Positions 19,356 to 29,162 of a stretch of DNA of 64,000 nucleotides are shown here, in pieces (the first letter of the stretch is position 1; the number at the start of each line of letters is the position of its first letter). The stretch covers positions 35,475 to 99,474 of the forward strand of contig VBAX01000048.1 of assembly GCA_005883075.1 (NCBI GenBank), read 5' to 3'. A model generated the notes under the pieces. That model made no database searches. It saw nothing but the letters and a program-made list of their open reading frames with translations, and was not told the DNA's origin. The translations under genes were made by a program, and so were the position numbers. The DNA comes from Candidatus Bathyarchaeota archaeon (GTDB taxonomy: Archaea > Thermoproteota > Bathyarchaeia > 40CM-2-53-6).

Positions 19356-19988
19356 TTAGTCGTTGAACATCCGTAACGCGACGGTTTCTATCCAGAGAAA
19401 TGGAACTGCGACAAGAAGTATCTCCGCGAGGCCTTTCCAAGAAGCTTGAGCAAAACTTCCGGCAAGGAAGACCACAGATAGACAGAGGGTCACGATCCCC
19501 GTCGCCCTGGAATACGGAGCAAAGGGGGACCATAGTCCGTCTTTCTTGAACAAGGCTGAGAGTGTCAAGGGCGCTAGTGGCAGGGTGACAAATGCGACAA
19601 CCGCGAGTATATTGTGAATGGATTGGGAGAGTGACGTTCCGGGTATCGGGCAGCCGAGGTCGCAGGGAAAGAATCCTGTTGCTAGTTCACATGCGCCAAA
19701 CAGGAGAAGCAATCCGGGGCCGAGTCTTGAGCCTCTTCCAGGGCTCAAGGTCTTTTGCAAGCCGAGCGAAAACATGACGATTAGGAATCCGGTAATTGCG
19801 AAATTTGCGTTTTGAATCCAAGCGTTCGATCCCTCCCCGAGTTCGCTGCCATATTGCTGTATGGGATCGTAGCCTGGCCGTAGGAGGATAACGGTTGTCC
19901 AAAGAACTGCCATCAGGATAGGGGCGACGGTACCGCAGAGGGCTGTTAGCATGGGAAGGTATGTTCGACCACCTCCTTTCTTTGCCAT
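19356..19988 (-). CDS. DUF998-like membrane protein
   Basis: PGYDP..Q..SELG, FPCD and IH motifs; about five TM helices; ATG 19988 preferred to GTG 20033. Confidence 0.75.
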   Translation of the reverse strand: MAKKGGGRTYLPMLTALCGTVAPILMAVLWTTVILLRPGYDPIQQYGSELGEGSNAWIQNANFAITGFLIVMFSLGLQKTLSPGRGSRLGPGLLLLFGACELATGFFPCDLGCPIPGTSLSQSIHNILAVVAFVTLPLAPLTLSALFKKDGLWSPFAPYSRATGIVTLCLSVVFLAGSFAQASWKGLAEILLVAVPFLWIETVALRMFND

Positions 19989-20061
19989 TACAGCCGGATC
20001 CGATGAAGACCCCAGGTAGCGGTCACGGTTCACCGTTCAAAAGAGACTTCCTTTCCGCGAA

Positions 20062-21384
20062 TTACTTCTTCATGAAGGGCATGCCTTTCATCATGGGTCC
20101 ACGTCGTTTCATCTGCTTCATCATTTTCCGCATCGTAAAATACTGGTTGACAAGCTCCCGCACTTCACGCTCTGGCCGACCGGCACCTCGCGCAATCCTC
20201 TTCGACCTGGAGCTGTCTACCAGTCGAGGCTCCCCAAGCTCCTTCTTAGTCATAGATTGGATAATCACTCTCCACGCTTTCATTTTCTCCTCCGCCACTC
20301 CCAATTGCTCCTCAGGAAGACTCACACCGCCCGGAATCATCTGGAGAACTTTCCTCAGTGGTCCCATCTTCCGAAGGTTCTCCATCTGATCATACATGTC
20401 TTTCAAAGTAAAACGACCTTCCATGAACTGTTTGACTTTCGCCTCGGGAACTTGCACCTCTGCCTCCTTCACTTTCTCAAGAAGCGCGTTGAGATCGCCC
20501 ATTCCCAACAGCCGTCCCACAAAGTCTGTCGGGACGAACTGCTCCAGATCCTCAACTCGTTCTCCTGTTCCTATGAATTTGACCTTCGAACCGGTCCCCG
20601 CGACAGCCGAGAGCGCTCCGCCTCCCTTGGCGGAGCCGTCCATCTTTGTCAGCAACACCGACCCGACAGGTGTTGCTTCGTGGAACGCGCGGGCTTGAGT
20701 AATCGCCTGCTGTCCAATCGTCGCGTCGATTGCCAATACGATCTCGTCGGGCTTCACGGCCGAAGCAATTCTCTTCATCTCGTCCATCAAGTCCCGCTCA
20801 TTCCTGTGTCTTCCCGCAGTATCGATAATTACCAAGTCGGTCTTCTCCTTTCGATAGTGGTCGAGACCGTGCTTCGCGATATCCTCAGGCTTCTTGGTGC
20901 CGGGTTCGCCGTATACCGGAATATCGACTGTGGCTGCTAACTGCTTCAGTTGGTCCAGTGCGCCAGGACGGTACGTATCGGCGCCGACGATGCCCACTCT
21001 CAACCCTCTCTTCTGGAAAAACCGTCCCAGTTTCACCGAGCTAGTCGTCTTCCCCGTCCCCTGAATCCCAACCAGCATGAGTTTGCGGAACACGCCCGGT
21101 TGAACTTCGACCTTAGCGGGGTCTTGGCCGACAAACTTTGTCATTTCTTCGTATAGTACCTTGACAACATGCTCGCGTCTGGTGATTCCTGGAGGAAGGT
21201 TCGCCTTCAGCGAACGATCTTCGACTGCCTTGGATAGTTGAAGAACAAGCTCGACGTTCACGTCTGCCTGCAATAGTGTTCTCTGGAGGTCTTTCACAAG
21301 TTCCTTGATCGCCTTCTCGTCCACGTTCGGCATCCGCAAGAGCTTGCGGACGGCATCCGTCAGAGAACGGCCAACCGTTTCCAA
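20062..21384 (-). CDS. srp54: Signal recognition particle protein SRP54
   Basis: GIQGTGKTT, DTYRP, DTAGR, TKMD, Met-rich M domain. Confidence 0.95.
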   Translation of the reverse strand: METVGRSLTDAVRKLLRMPNVDEKAIKELVKDLQRTLLQADVNVELVLQLSKAVEDRSLKANLPPGITRREHVVKVLYEEMTKFVGQDPAKVEVQPGVFRKLMLVGIQGTGKTTSSVKLGRFFQKRGLRVGIVGADTYRPGALDQLKQLAATVDIPVYGEPGTKKPEDIAKHGLDHYRKEKTDLVIIDTAGRHRNERDLMDEMKRIASAVKPDEIVLAIDATIGQQAITQARAFHEATPVGSVLLTKMDGSAKGGGALSAVAGTGSKVKFIGTGERVEDLEQFVPTDFVGRLLGMGDLNALLEKVKEAEVQVPEAKVKQFMEGRFTLKDMYDQMENLRKMGPLRKVLQMIPGGVSLPEEQLGVAEEKMKAWRVIIQSMTKKELGEPRLVDSSRSKRIARGAGRPEREVRELVNQYFTMRKMMKQMKRRGPMMKGMPFMKK

Positions 21385-21386
21385 GA

Positions 21387-22352
21387 CTACTCTCTCAACG
21401 TTCTCACGCGCTTCTTAACCTTCCCGAGGACGGCAGCCATTATCAGCGGGAAGCAGACAGTTGCATCACCGTAAACATCGACGAACCTTCCTCCTTTCCG
21501 GATCTTCCTCCAGCTGATCGACTCGGCCAACGGAGCACCACTCAGTCCTCCCGGCTCCGGCCTGTCAGCGGTGATCTGAACCGCTGCATCAACCCCCTCT
21601 CGCAGAACACTGGCCAAGAGGGTGTGGTGCTTAGGTAATCCTCCGCCCAGAATTAGAACCCCGAGCTTTTTCGAGGTCATTGCCATTTCTACCATGTTCG
21701 TCACGTCCGCCATTGGGTTCAACTGAAGTAATTCTGTCTGAGAGAAGCTCCAGAGGCTAAGACCAAGGATCGAATCCAGCAGACCTGGTGAGAAGACCTT
21801 GACCTTGCTATGGGCAGCCTTGTAGAGAATCGAATCATTGTCTCGCAGCAGGAGGCCAATTTTTCCCAGGATGTCTGAGAATGCCACTCCTCGCCTCTGA
21901 TCAGGTGGAATTTTTCCAAGAAGCCCTCGGACAGTCTTGTCCAGAATCTGGAATGATTCTTCTTTGACAAAGATGTCCGCGATCCGACTGAACCCCTTCT
22001 TGATCAAGAGACGATCGTCAACCTGGAACGTTCCCTGATAATGGTGCAGACCAAGGGCCTCGATCACATCATGGGTCAGATTCGCCCCTGAGGTCACGAT
22101 CGCATCGAGAAACCCTCGATCGATCAAATCTCCAATGAGCAATCGAAATCCCGATGGGACCATTGGCCCTGCAAGTGTCAGGAAATTTGTGAAGTCTGGT
22201 CCTCGGAACATTTCTTCGACAACATCGGCGGCTGCCCCGATTCGGCCTCCACCTAGGACCCCGGTTGCGCTCATCTCTCGGACTAGAGCGCCGGCCGTCA
22301 TTCCCGGCCAAAGCCTCAGGTGTTTTACTCTTGAAGGACCTTTACTCGTAAT
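21387..22352 (-). CDS. dys: Deoxyhypusine synthase; inferred ATT start
   Basis: TSGANLTHD, GGGLPKH, GGLSGA..ESISWRK; immediately downstream of eIF5A. Confidence 0.88.
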   Translation of the reverse strand: MTSKGPSRVKHLRLWPGMTAGALVREMSATGVLGGGRIGAAADVVEEMFRGPDFTNFLTLAGPMVPSGFRLLIGDLIDRGFLDAIVTSGANLTHDVIEALGLHHYQGTFQVDDRLLIKKGFSRIADIFVKEESFQILDKTVRGLLGKIPPDQRRGVAFSDILGKIGLLLRDNDSILYKAAHSKVKVFSPGLLDSILGLSLWSFSQTELLQLNPMADVTNMVEMAMTSKKLGVLILGGGLPKHHTLLASVLREGVDAAVQITADRPEPGGLSGAPLAESISWRKIRKGGRFVDVYGDATVCFPLIMAAVLGKVKKRVRTLRE

Positions 22353-22359
22353 GGATTGC

Positions 22360-22755
22360 TCAGCCCTTTCGGCGAACGACCATATTCCGCCCCATAACGC
22401 TCCAGTACTCCACTTCGATTCCGGAAGTCATTTGTTTCTTCAAGTCCTCATCGTCCGGCATGGGTGTCTCGAAGGTCTGATAATTCTCCATGTCCATCAC
22501 TTGGAGAAGATTTCCGGAGATGGAAAGAACTTGTCCCGTTCGCTTGTCTATGAGCGGGACCTCGGCCTTGCCGTCAACAGGGCTGATGAGGTTCTTCTTC
22601 TGGCCTGTGAACGCGCTTATCGCAACGATCCTTGCCTTTGCGGAGCCGTGCTTGCCGGGCTTAGATTTCTCGAACTCTACAATCCTACAGGGTTCACCAT
22701 CAATGAGGACGTACTGGCCAATCTTCAAACTGCCAACTTCGACCGGCTTGCTCAT
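22360..22755 (-). CDS. eif5a: Translation factor a/eIF5A
   Basis: KSKPGKHGSAK hypusine motif. Confidence 0.96.
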   Translation of the reverse strand: MSKPVEVGSLKIGQYVLIDGEPCRIVEFEKSKPGKHGSAKARIVAISAFTGQKKNLISPVDGKAEVPLIDKRTGQVLSISGNLLQVMDMENYQTFETPMPDDEDLKKQMTSGIEVEYWSVMGRNMVVRRKG

Positions 22756-22890
22756 GAAATACGTCTCGACGGCGAGCAGTCCAAGGACTGCATCTAAAAG
22801 GTTGATGACGATGTTAAGATTTCGCTCCCGATGCTGTCTGCCTGAGCTTTCCGCGAATCTGCCGCTTGCATTTTTTTAGGGAAGAAAGAT

Positions 22891-24018
22891 ATGAAGACCG
22901 CTATGAGCAAGGGTGAAACCAGGAGGATTCGTGTCGGCATCATCGGCGCCAACCCGGATCGCGGATGGGCGGTGCAGGCACACATTCCTGCTTTGAAGTC
23001 GCTCTCGGATGACTTCGAGATCACGGCGCTCTCCACCAGCCGACGCGAATCTGCCGACGCCGCCAGCAAGCTCTTTGATGTGCCTATCGCCTTCGACAAT
23101 CACCAAGACCTCGTGAACAGCACTGTCGTCGACGTCGTTGCCGTCACTGTGAAAGTGCCCTATCACCTCGAACTGGCGACTGCAGCGCTCAGTGCGGGCA
23201 AGGCCGTGTACTGCGAATGGCCGCTCGGCAACGGCTTGAAAGAGGCGGAGACCTTGGCTGCACTGGCGAAGAAGAAGGGCGTCCTCGCCGTGGCGGGACT
23301 TCAGGCCCGTTCTGCTCCGTCGGTGGCTTACGTGCATGACATGATCAAGCAAGGTTACGTCGGTGAGGTGCTCTCCGCCACGTTGATCGGTTCTGGAATG
23401 GGCTGGGGACCAACGGTGGAGCCGTACAACGCCTACCTCAACGACAAGAAAAACGGCGCGACGATGCTCTCGATCGCGCTCGGCCACGCGGCGGACGCGC
23501 TGTGTCACTGCCTCGGCGAAGTGCGAGAGCTCTCGGCCACCATGACCTTGCGCCGAAAGTCCTTCACGATCGCGCAGACAGGCGAAAGCAAGCCCATGAC
23601 CGCGGAGGATCAGGTGTGCGTCACCGGACTGCTCGAGAGCGGGGCCGCGCTCTCGATCCACTATCGGGGCGGCGTTTCGCGTGGCACCAACCTGCTTTGG
23701 GAGATCAACGGCACCGAGGGCGATCTGCAGCTCACCGCCGCCGGCGGCCAAGCCCAGATCTTCGAGATGACCGTACGCGGCGGCAAGGGTGCGCGGTCCT
23801 CGCTCGAGGTACTGCCCGTGCCAGAGCAGTATCGGTGGTCGCCGCCGCAAGGTCCAGGCCCTTCCACAAACGTCGCCGAAGCATACGCGCGCTTCGCCCG
23901 CGACTATCGCGAGGGGACACATTTCTGCCCCACGTTCGACGACGCGGTCACGCGCCATCGCATGCTGAACGCGATCGAAACGGCCGCGGCAACCGGTCAG
24001 CGTCAAACGCTCGGTTGA
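22891..24018 (+). CDS. Gfo/Idh/MocA-family oxidoreductase (GC-rich, probably imported)
   Basis: RVGIIGA, GKAVYCEWPL, GH..D motifs. Confidence 0.88.
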   Translation: MKTAMSKGETRRIRVGIIGANPDRGWAVQAHIPALKSLSDDFEITALSTSRRESADAASKLFDVPIAFDNHQDLVNSTVVDVVAVTVKVPYHLELATAALSAGKAVYCEWPLGNGLKEAETLAALAKKKGVLAVAGLQARSAPSVAYVHDMIKQGYVGEVLSATLIGSGMGWGPTVEPYNAYLNDKKNGATMLSIALGHAADALCHCLGEVRELSATMTLRRKSFTIAQTGESKPMTAEDQVCVTGLLESGAALSIHYRGGVSRGTNLLWEINGTEGDLQLTAAGGQAQIFEMTVRGGKGARSSLEVLPVPEQYRWSPPQGPGPSTNVAEAYARFARDYREGTHFCPTFDDAVTRHRMLNAIETAAATGQRQTLG

Positions 24019-24217
24019 TCCGGCGAGAAGCGTCCCTGAAGAGCGAAAGTTTACGGCTTGGGCTAGAGGTGTTATGTTACCGAAATCGCCGTATTAGGCT
24101 ATCAAAGACTAACATCGGCCCTCGGATTTCATCTAAAAGACTTCGCGTGATTCGAAGGGTACTCCTAGAGAATTCTTTTCAACTGGTCTATTCCTGTTCT
24201 CCACGATTCGGAAAGTC

Positions 24218-25057
24218 ATGTCTAAGGCAGTCGGCATCCTGGCCAAGAGAGGCTCGAAAGAAATCCTCTCCGAGGCGAGGAGGATTTACAAAATAGTCGA
24301 ACAGCACGGATTCAGATTCGTTCCCGACGAAGATCTAGGAAGAACGGCGAAGATTCCGGGTGGCAAGCCTCTCAGACGAATGGAGATCGCGCTCCTCGTA
24401 ACCTTGGGAGGGGATGGCACCGTACTGAAAGCGGCTAAAGAGATGTTCAAGCCAAAAACCCCGATCTTAGCGGTAAACATGGGCCGGAGAGGTTACCTCA
24501 CCGAGGTCGAGCCTTCTGAGTTCGAGACCGCGTTCAGCAAGTGGGAGAAAGGCAATTACGAGCTGGAGGAGCAATGGAAACTCTCGGTGTTCCACAAGGG
24601 CCAAGTTGTGGGCGAGGCTCTCAACGAGGCACTCCTACTTCCAACCATACCCGCGAAAATGCTCAACCTCACTATAGCCCTCGGGGGCAAACAAGTCTTC
24701 CAGGCTCGGGCCGATGGAATCATCGTCTCCACCCCAACCGGCTCGACAGCCCATTCCTTTTCGGCAGGAGGACCGGTTCTCGAAACCTCGATGGATAGCG
24801 TATCGCTAACGCTTATCGCCCCTCTTCAACCAGTCAAGTCCATCGTCGTCCCGGTGAGAGCAGGAGTTCAGCTGCGAGTGGCAGAACCTGGTCCAAGTGC
24901 TAACCTGGTGGTAGATGGCCGTCTCGAGCGAGAGATAGGGATCGGGCAGTCGTTATCCTTCAGAAAATCCGTCAACAGTACGTTTTTCGTCAGGTTCGGT
25001 GACTCATTTCTCCAGAGGAGTCTGAGAAGATTGTCCTCCGAAAGGGAAAACGGTTGA
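24218..25057 (+). CDS. nadK: NAD(+) kinase
   Basis: GGDGT, NE, ADG, TPTGSTAHS.SAGGP. Confidence 0.92.
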   Translation: MSKAVGILAKRGSKEILSEARRIYKIVEQHGFRFVPDEDLGRTAKIPGGKPLRRMEIALLVTLGGDGTVLKAAKEMFKPKTPILAVNMGRRGYLTEVEPSEFETAFSKWEKGNYELEEQWKLSVFHKGQVVGEALNEALLLPTIPAKMLNLTIALGGKQVFQARADGIIVSTPTGSTAHSFSAGGPVLETSMDSVSLTLIAPLQPVKSIVVPVRAGVQLRVAEPGPSANLVVDGRLEREIGIGQSLSFRKSVNSTFFVRFGDSFLQRSLRRLSSERENG

Positions 25058-25581
25058 AGGTGCTCGTGTTGGATACTTCGGCGTTCATAATGGGCTTCAA
25101 CCCAACCCGGCCGGGAGAAGTGTACACAGTGCCGGCTGTAGAGGACGAGCTGATGAGGGGGACGATGACACAGCTACGATTTCACGTGAACAAAGAGAAG
25201 GGCAAGGTGATTCTCAGGTTCCCATCTCTCCGTGCCTTGGAATCGGTCGAAGCAGTCAGCACCAAGGCAGGCGAGAAGGGCCATGTTTCACAAGCGGATC
25301 GAGAGGTTGTCGCTCTCGCTCTGGATCTGAAACTAGACGGGCAAGAGCCTGTTATCGTCAGCGATGATTACGCGGTGCAGAACATGGCCGAGCATCTCAG
25401 TCTCAACTATGGATCACTCGCCAATTTCGGGATCGTTCACAAGTTTAACTGGATAATGTACTGCCCAGCCTGCCATCGGAGATCCACGGGACCCGAAAAA
25501 ACGTGTAGGGTATGCGGCACCGAGCTCAAGAGAAAAGTATTGTCTCGGTCCAAAATATCTCGCGGCCACGCTCTGGGATGA
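25054..25581 (+). CDS. nob1: Nob1-like PIN + Zn-ribbon endoribonuclease
   Basis: VLDTSAF, S.AD, SDDYAVQN, CPAC..CRVCG. Confidence 0.88.
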   Translation: MKVLVLDTSAFIMGFNPTRPGEVYTVPAVEDELMRGTMTQLRFHVNKEKGKVILRFPSLRALESVEAVSTKAGEKGHVSQADREVVALALDLKLDGQEPVIVSDDYAVQNMAEHLSLNYGSLANFGIVHKFNWIMYCPACHRRSTGPEKTCRVCGTELKRKVLSRSKISRGHALG

Positions 25582-25632
25582 ATAATCACGACAAAACCGA
25601 ATTCTAAGCACCACGAGTCGGATCCTACCCGT

Positions 25633-26019
25633 GTGACGGGGATTGGTGGAGTATTCTTCAAGGCCAAAGATCCTGGAAAACTGATGCCTTGGTATACAAC
25701 CCATCTGGGAGTCAAACCCGAAACTGAAGGATCTAGCACGACCATGTTTCAATGGCGAGAGAAAGACGATACCAAACAAGTCGGGTACACAGTCTGGTCA
25801 ATATTTCCGCATGACACGAAGTATTTTGATCCAAGTGCCTCGTCCTTCATGATCAACTTCCGGGTCAAGGATCTTGACAGGCTATTGGATCAGCTCAAAC
25901 GAGAAGGCGTGAAAGTCGACGACAAGAGAGAAGAAGACGATTACGGGAAGTTCGGATGGATTATCGATCCCGAAGGCAACCGGATTGAGCTCTGGGAACC
26001 AAAGGGCGAGCCTCCCTGA
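25633..26019 (+). CDS. VOC/glyoxalase family protein
   Basis: (RV)TGIGGVFFK, MINFRV, YGKFGW..DPEGN.IELWEP; the true start may lie upstream (ATA 25582 or ATC 25585). Confidence 0.85.
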   Translation: MTGIGGVFFKAKDPGKLMPWYTTHLGVKPETEGSSTTMFQWREKDDTKQVGYTVWSIFPHDTKYFDPSASSFMINFRVKDLDRLLDQLKREGVKVDDKREEDDYGKFGWIIDPEGNRIELWEPKGEPP

Positions 26020-26102
26020 ATGATTCCTCTAGTACTGGTATGTGAAGCATTTTTCAGAAGAATTAAATCCGGTACCCAGTCCAACGTGGCAATGATACAG
26101 CC

Positions 26103-26840
26103 TTGTTGAAAACCGAGACAAATCTTTACGATGATATGTCGAAAGGACGCGTTGACCCTTCGAAATGGAAGATTCTCAGCTTCCCAATGGGCAACGGCGA
26201 AAACTGGGTCTGGGAAGAACCCAAGGCCAAGATAGCATCCCGGAATTCCAGTCTAGCGCTGACCGTAGATCCATTCACTCGGAAGCATGACAAGATCCAC
26301 ATGTTCGATGATCCGAAGCAACTGTATGCCTCCACGAGAACCTTTCCAGTATCACGTGATCAGGTGACGGTTTTCGAGGCTGAGATGGGAGCCGAGACCT
26401 ATAGGAGCAACGCAGAGGATCTGCAAGACGCGTTCGCGGGCCTCATACTCATGGACTTCTCGACAGGCCTGATATTCGACTTCATCACGACTGGGAAAAA
26501 GATTGGAGTAATCTACGAGCGACTCCTGATCCCTGGTGTCACAGATGAGAAGACAGCGTTCACCTACCTAATTGAGGCACCGTTTTCGGGGGTTCGTACG
26601 AAGCCCGAAATGATGCACCACTATATGGTCAGAATAGACGCGCAAAGGAAGAGGGCCGAATGGATTGTCGATGGCAAGGAGTTCTTCAAGACAGAGAGCC
26701 TCCCAGTGGCTCCAAAGGACATTCTCGTAGGCTGGGGACTCTTCACACTCAAACCCGTTGACCCAGAGAAGGGCAGCGTGTCAGTTCACGGTCAAGGCGC
26801 AACCGGCATCTGGAAGAATTTCAGATACTCGATGCCCTGA
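26103..26840 (+). CDS. Hypothetical beta-sandwich protein (DUF6081-like)
   Basis: 245-aa ORF, beta-rich, with YERL and HGQGA motifs; family call from memory only. Confidence 0.5.
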   Translation: MLKTETNLYDDMSKGRVDPSKWKILSFPMGNGENWVWEEPKAKIASRNSSLALTVDPFTRKHDKIHMFDDPKQLYASTRTFPVSRDQVTVFEAEMGAETYRSNAEDLQDAFAGLILMDFSTGLIFDFITTGKKIGVIYERLLIPGVTDEKTAFTYLIEAPFSGVRTKPEMMHHYMVRIDAQRKRAEWIVDGKEFFKTESLPVAPKDILVGWGLFTLKPVDPEKGSVSVHGQGATGIWKNFRYSMP

Positions 26841-26876
26841 GCAAACACGATTTGCTCGATGGCTCGAGTTGACTTC

Positions 26877-28235
26877 CTAGGCGACTATTTTGGGCGCGTC
26901 GCTTATCATGCCGGTGACAGACTCATAGTCCCAAGGACCTTTGGACCTCACCGAGGTCTTCTTCTTGAGACCGATGTAGCCTAGAGAACCAAGCTTTTCG
27001 ACCAACCAAGCAGCGTAAGCCGGCGACCCGGTAGCTCCTGGAGAGTTATAGTTGGTAATGTGGTACGACAATGGGCCTTTGATCTCGATAGCTTCCTTGA
27101 TGAAGTTACCACTTCGATCGATGACTTGCGCGCGGACCCCTGCAATCCCAGGTTTGACGAGATAGTCTAATTTGAGTTCTGGAATGAACTCCTGCGCCCT
27201 TCTCGCCATTTCTGACTTGAAGATGGACGATTTCCATTCTTGCCCTGCTAGAGTCAGGAAGTCTTTGTTGTAAAGAAGAGCGATCTTGTTCATCATCGGA
27301 GACTCTAGAAGCTTTTCCAAGGCTTGTATCGGGTTCTTGAAAAAGCCCCTGTAAGTGTAGGGTCCAGCAACTGGGACGGCGTTGGGTCCTATCTCTCGAC
27401 GCCCATCCGCACGGCATATCCAGTGCGGATCTAGGAAGGGCAGTTCGGGATGTTGCGCTACTGTGTAGATATTTCTGGTCGCTAGGTATCTCCACTCGTT
27501 TCCTATCTCCCAGTATTCTCCTCGGAAGTTGAGGTCGGCGTATTCTCTTCCGACGCCGAGCATATGGGCTATTCGCATGGAGTTTCCTCCCGCGCAGTTT
27601 ACCAGGAAACGGGTCCGAATTGTCTCACCGCCATTTTTGGGCTGAATCTCCAAGAGGTCTTTGGTTACTTTGATCGATTTTACCTCGAAACCGAGAATGA
27701 ATTTCACCCCTTCCCGTTCCGCGTCACCCCGCAGAGATCGCGTAAAGGAGGGATAGTCGACAGAGGTGTCGGTTTTCGACCATATTGCCCCATGAGATCT
27801 CACATGAGGTTCAAGCTCGCGCACCTCTTCTGCCGTGAGAATTTCGAGCTCGTCTTCTCCCATCCCATTCTCTATGCCCCAGTGATAGTACTTCTCCACC
27901 CGCTTCACATCCGCGTCTCGTGTCGCCGCCTCCAATGTTGTCACCGGCGACCAGGGCAGGCCTCGTTCTTTCGCGTATGACTTCCACATTCCATAAGCTG
28001 CTTGGGAGGATCGTGCAAAGACTCGGCGTTTGACAGGGTCCAAGTAGAAAGGGCGGTGAACGACTCCAGTATTCCTCTTGGAAGTGTGAACCGCAACCTG
28101 TTGTTCTTTCTCGATAACGGCGATTCGGCCTTCATACTGGTTCGCCAGCCAGTAAGAAACGGAGGTCCCAAGGATGCCGCCTCCAATGATCGTAACATCC
28201 CACGGTTCCAGCGATGCCAAGGGCCCACTGATCAA
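26877..28235 (-). CDS. FAD-dependent oxidoreductase, L-2-hydroxyglutarate oxidase-like
   Basis: GGGILG, HTSKRNTGVVH, FRGEY, GVRAQ, SPGATGS. Confidence 0.8.
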   Translation of the reverse strand: MISGPLASLEPWDVTIIGGGILGTSVSYWLANQYEGRIAVIEKEQQVAVHTSKRNTGVVHRPFYLDPVKRRVFARSSQAAYGMWKSYAKERGLPWSPVTTLEAATRDADVKRVEKYYHWGIENGMGEDELEILTAEEVRELEPHVRSHGAIWSKTDTSVDYPSFTRSLRGDAEREGVKFILGFEVKSIKVTKDLLEIQPKNGGETIRTRFLVNCAGGNSMRIAHMLGVGREYADLNFRGEYWEIGNEWRYLATRNIYTVAQHPELPFLDPHWICRADGRREIGPNAVPVAGPYTYRGFFKNPIQALEKLLESPMMNKIALLYNKDFLTLAGQEWKSSIFKSEMARRAQEFIPELKLDYLVKPGIAGVRAQVIDRSGNFIKEAIEIKGPLSYHITNYNSPGATGSPAYAAWLVEKLGSLGYIGLKKKTSVRSKGPWDYESVTGMISDAPKIVA

Positions 28236-28349
28236 AGAGATGTTCAGTATGCTATATTCGGGTTATGCATTACTTTCCTAAAACAGACAGGCTCCGCTCT
28301 CTTACCGAAACGGCTGACACCTTTCCGAGACGGACAGTCTCGGCCATTC

Positions 28350-29162
28350 TCAGGGCTTTCCCTTGAGCCTAATTGTTCGAAGAATGATCCAGTAAGCAAG
28401 GGCTCCAATCACAGCAAGAGGCAGTGAGGTGGCGAGGAGATTCGCGAGCGCACCGGTTTCCAGAGCGTTTCCACCAAAGGCGGAGTTTCTGAGAACGCCG
28501 GCTGCAAGACTAAGAGGGTTGTACTCTGCAATCGTGGCGACCGGGGCAGGAAGATATTGGGCGATCGTTTGAGCCGGGTAGAATACTGTGCTGACTGTGA
28601 CCATTGACACCTGGAGTGCTTGTGCGTAGACCCAGTAGATCTCACCTCTTCGCGATACGCTCGCGAAGAAAGCTGCCAAACCCGCGATTCCAGTCGAGAG
28701 AACGAATAGGAAAGGAATGAGGGTAAGAGCGTACAATACTCCCTGAACTGGAATCGGAGCCCCGAATAACATGAATGAGAGATACGCTATGATTAGCAGT
28801 GCCCCAGAGTAGACTATTCCACCTAGTCCTCCTGAGATGATGTAGGCTCCAACGAGGCCTCGGGTCCGGATTGGAAGCGTCAGGTAGTATTGTACGACTC
28901 CTTCCCGAAGTGCGAGCCAGATTCGTCGGCCCGTGTCTGTTGCGGCAGAAAATAGGCCGACTACGACGATTCCTGGGACGAGGAACTGAAAATATGAAGA
29001 ACCTATTGCATTTGATGCGGGGATCAATCTTGTGTATACAAGCCCCACGACGAGCATGTCTGAAAGGCTGAGACTGATCAATACCGCCATCAGCCATTTT
29101 GTCCTGAAGAAATACGAGAAGTCCGTCCGGGCAATGCGGACAAGTCTTGAGAGTTGGCTCAA
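28350..29162 (-). CDS. ABC-2 type exporter permease
   Basis: YFQFLVPG, STVFYP, NPLS motifs. Confidence 0.85.
   Translation of the reverse strand: MSQLSRLVRIARTDFSYFFRTKWLMAVLISLSLSDMLVVGLVYTRLIPASNAIGSSYFQFLVPGIVVVGLFSAATDTGRRIWLALREGVVQYYLTLPIRTRGLVGAYIISGGLGGIVYSGALLIIAYLSFMLFGAPIPVQGVLYALTLIPFLFVLSTGIAGLAAFFASVSRRGEIYWVYAQALQVSMVTVSTVFYPAQTIAQYLPAPVATIAEYNPLSLAAGVLRNSAFGGNALETGALANLLATSLPLAVIGALAYWIILRTIRLKGKP

Noticed and set aside
22802..22846. C/D-box sRNA (TTGATGA...CTGA)
   Set aside because: Too short, no clear D'/C' boxes, and overlaps a divergent promoter region
22876..24006. 376-aa minus-strand ORF, and the 264-aa + ORF at 23502..24296
   Set aside because: Shadow ORFs of the GC-rich Gfo/Idh/MocA gene with no recognisable motifs
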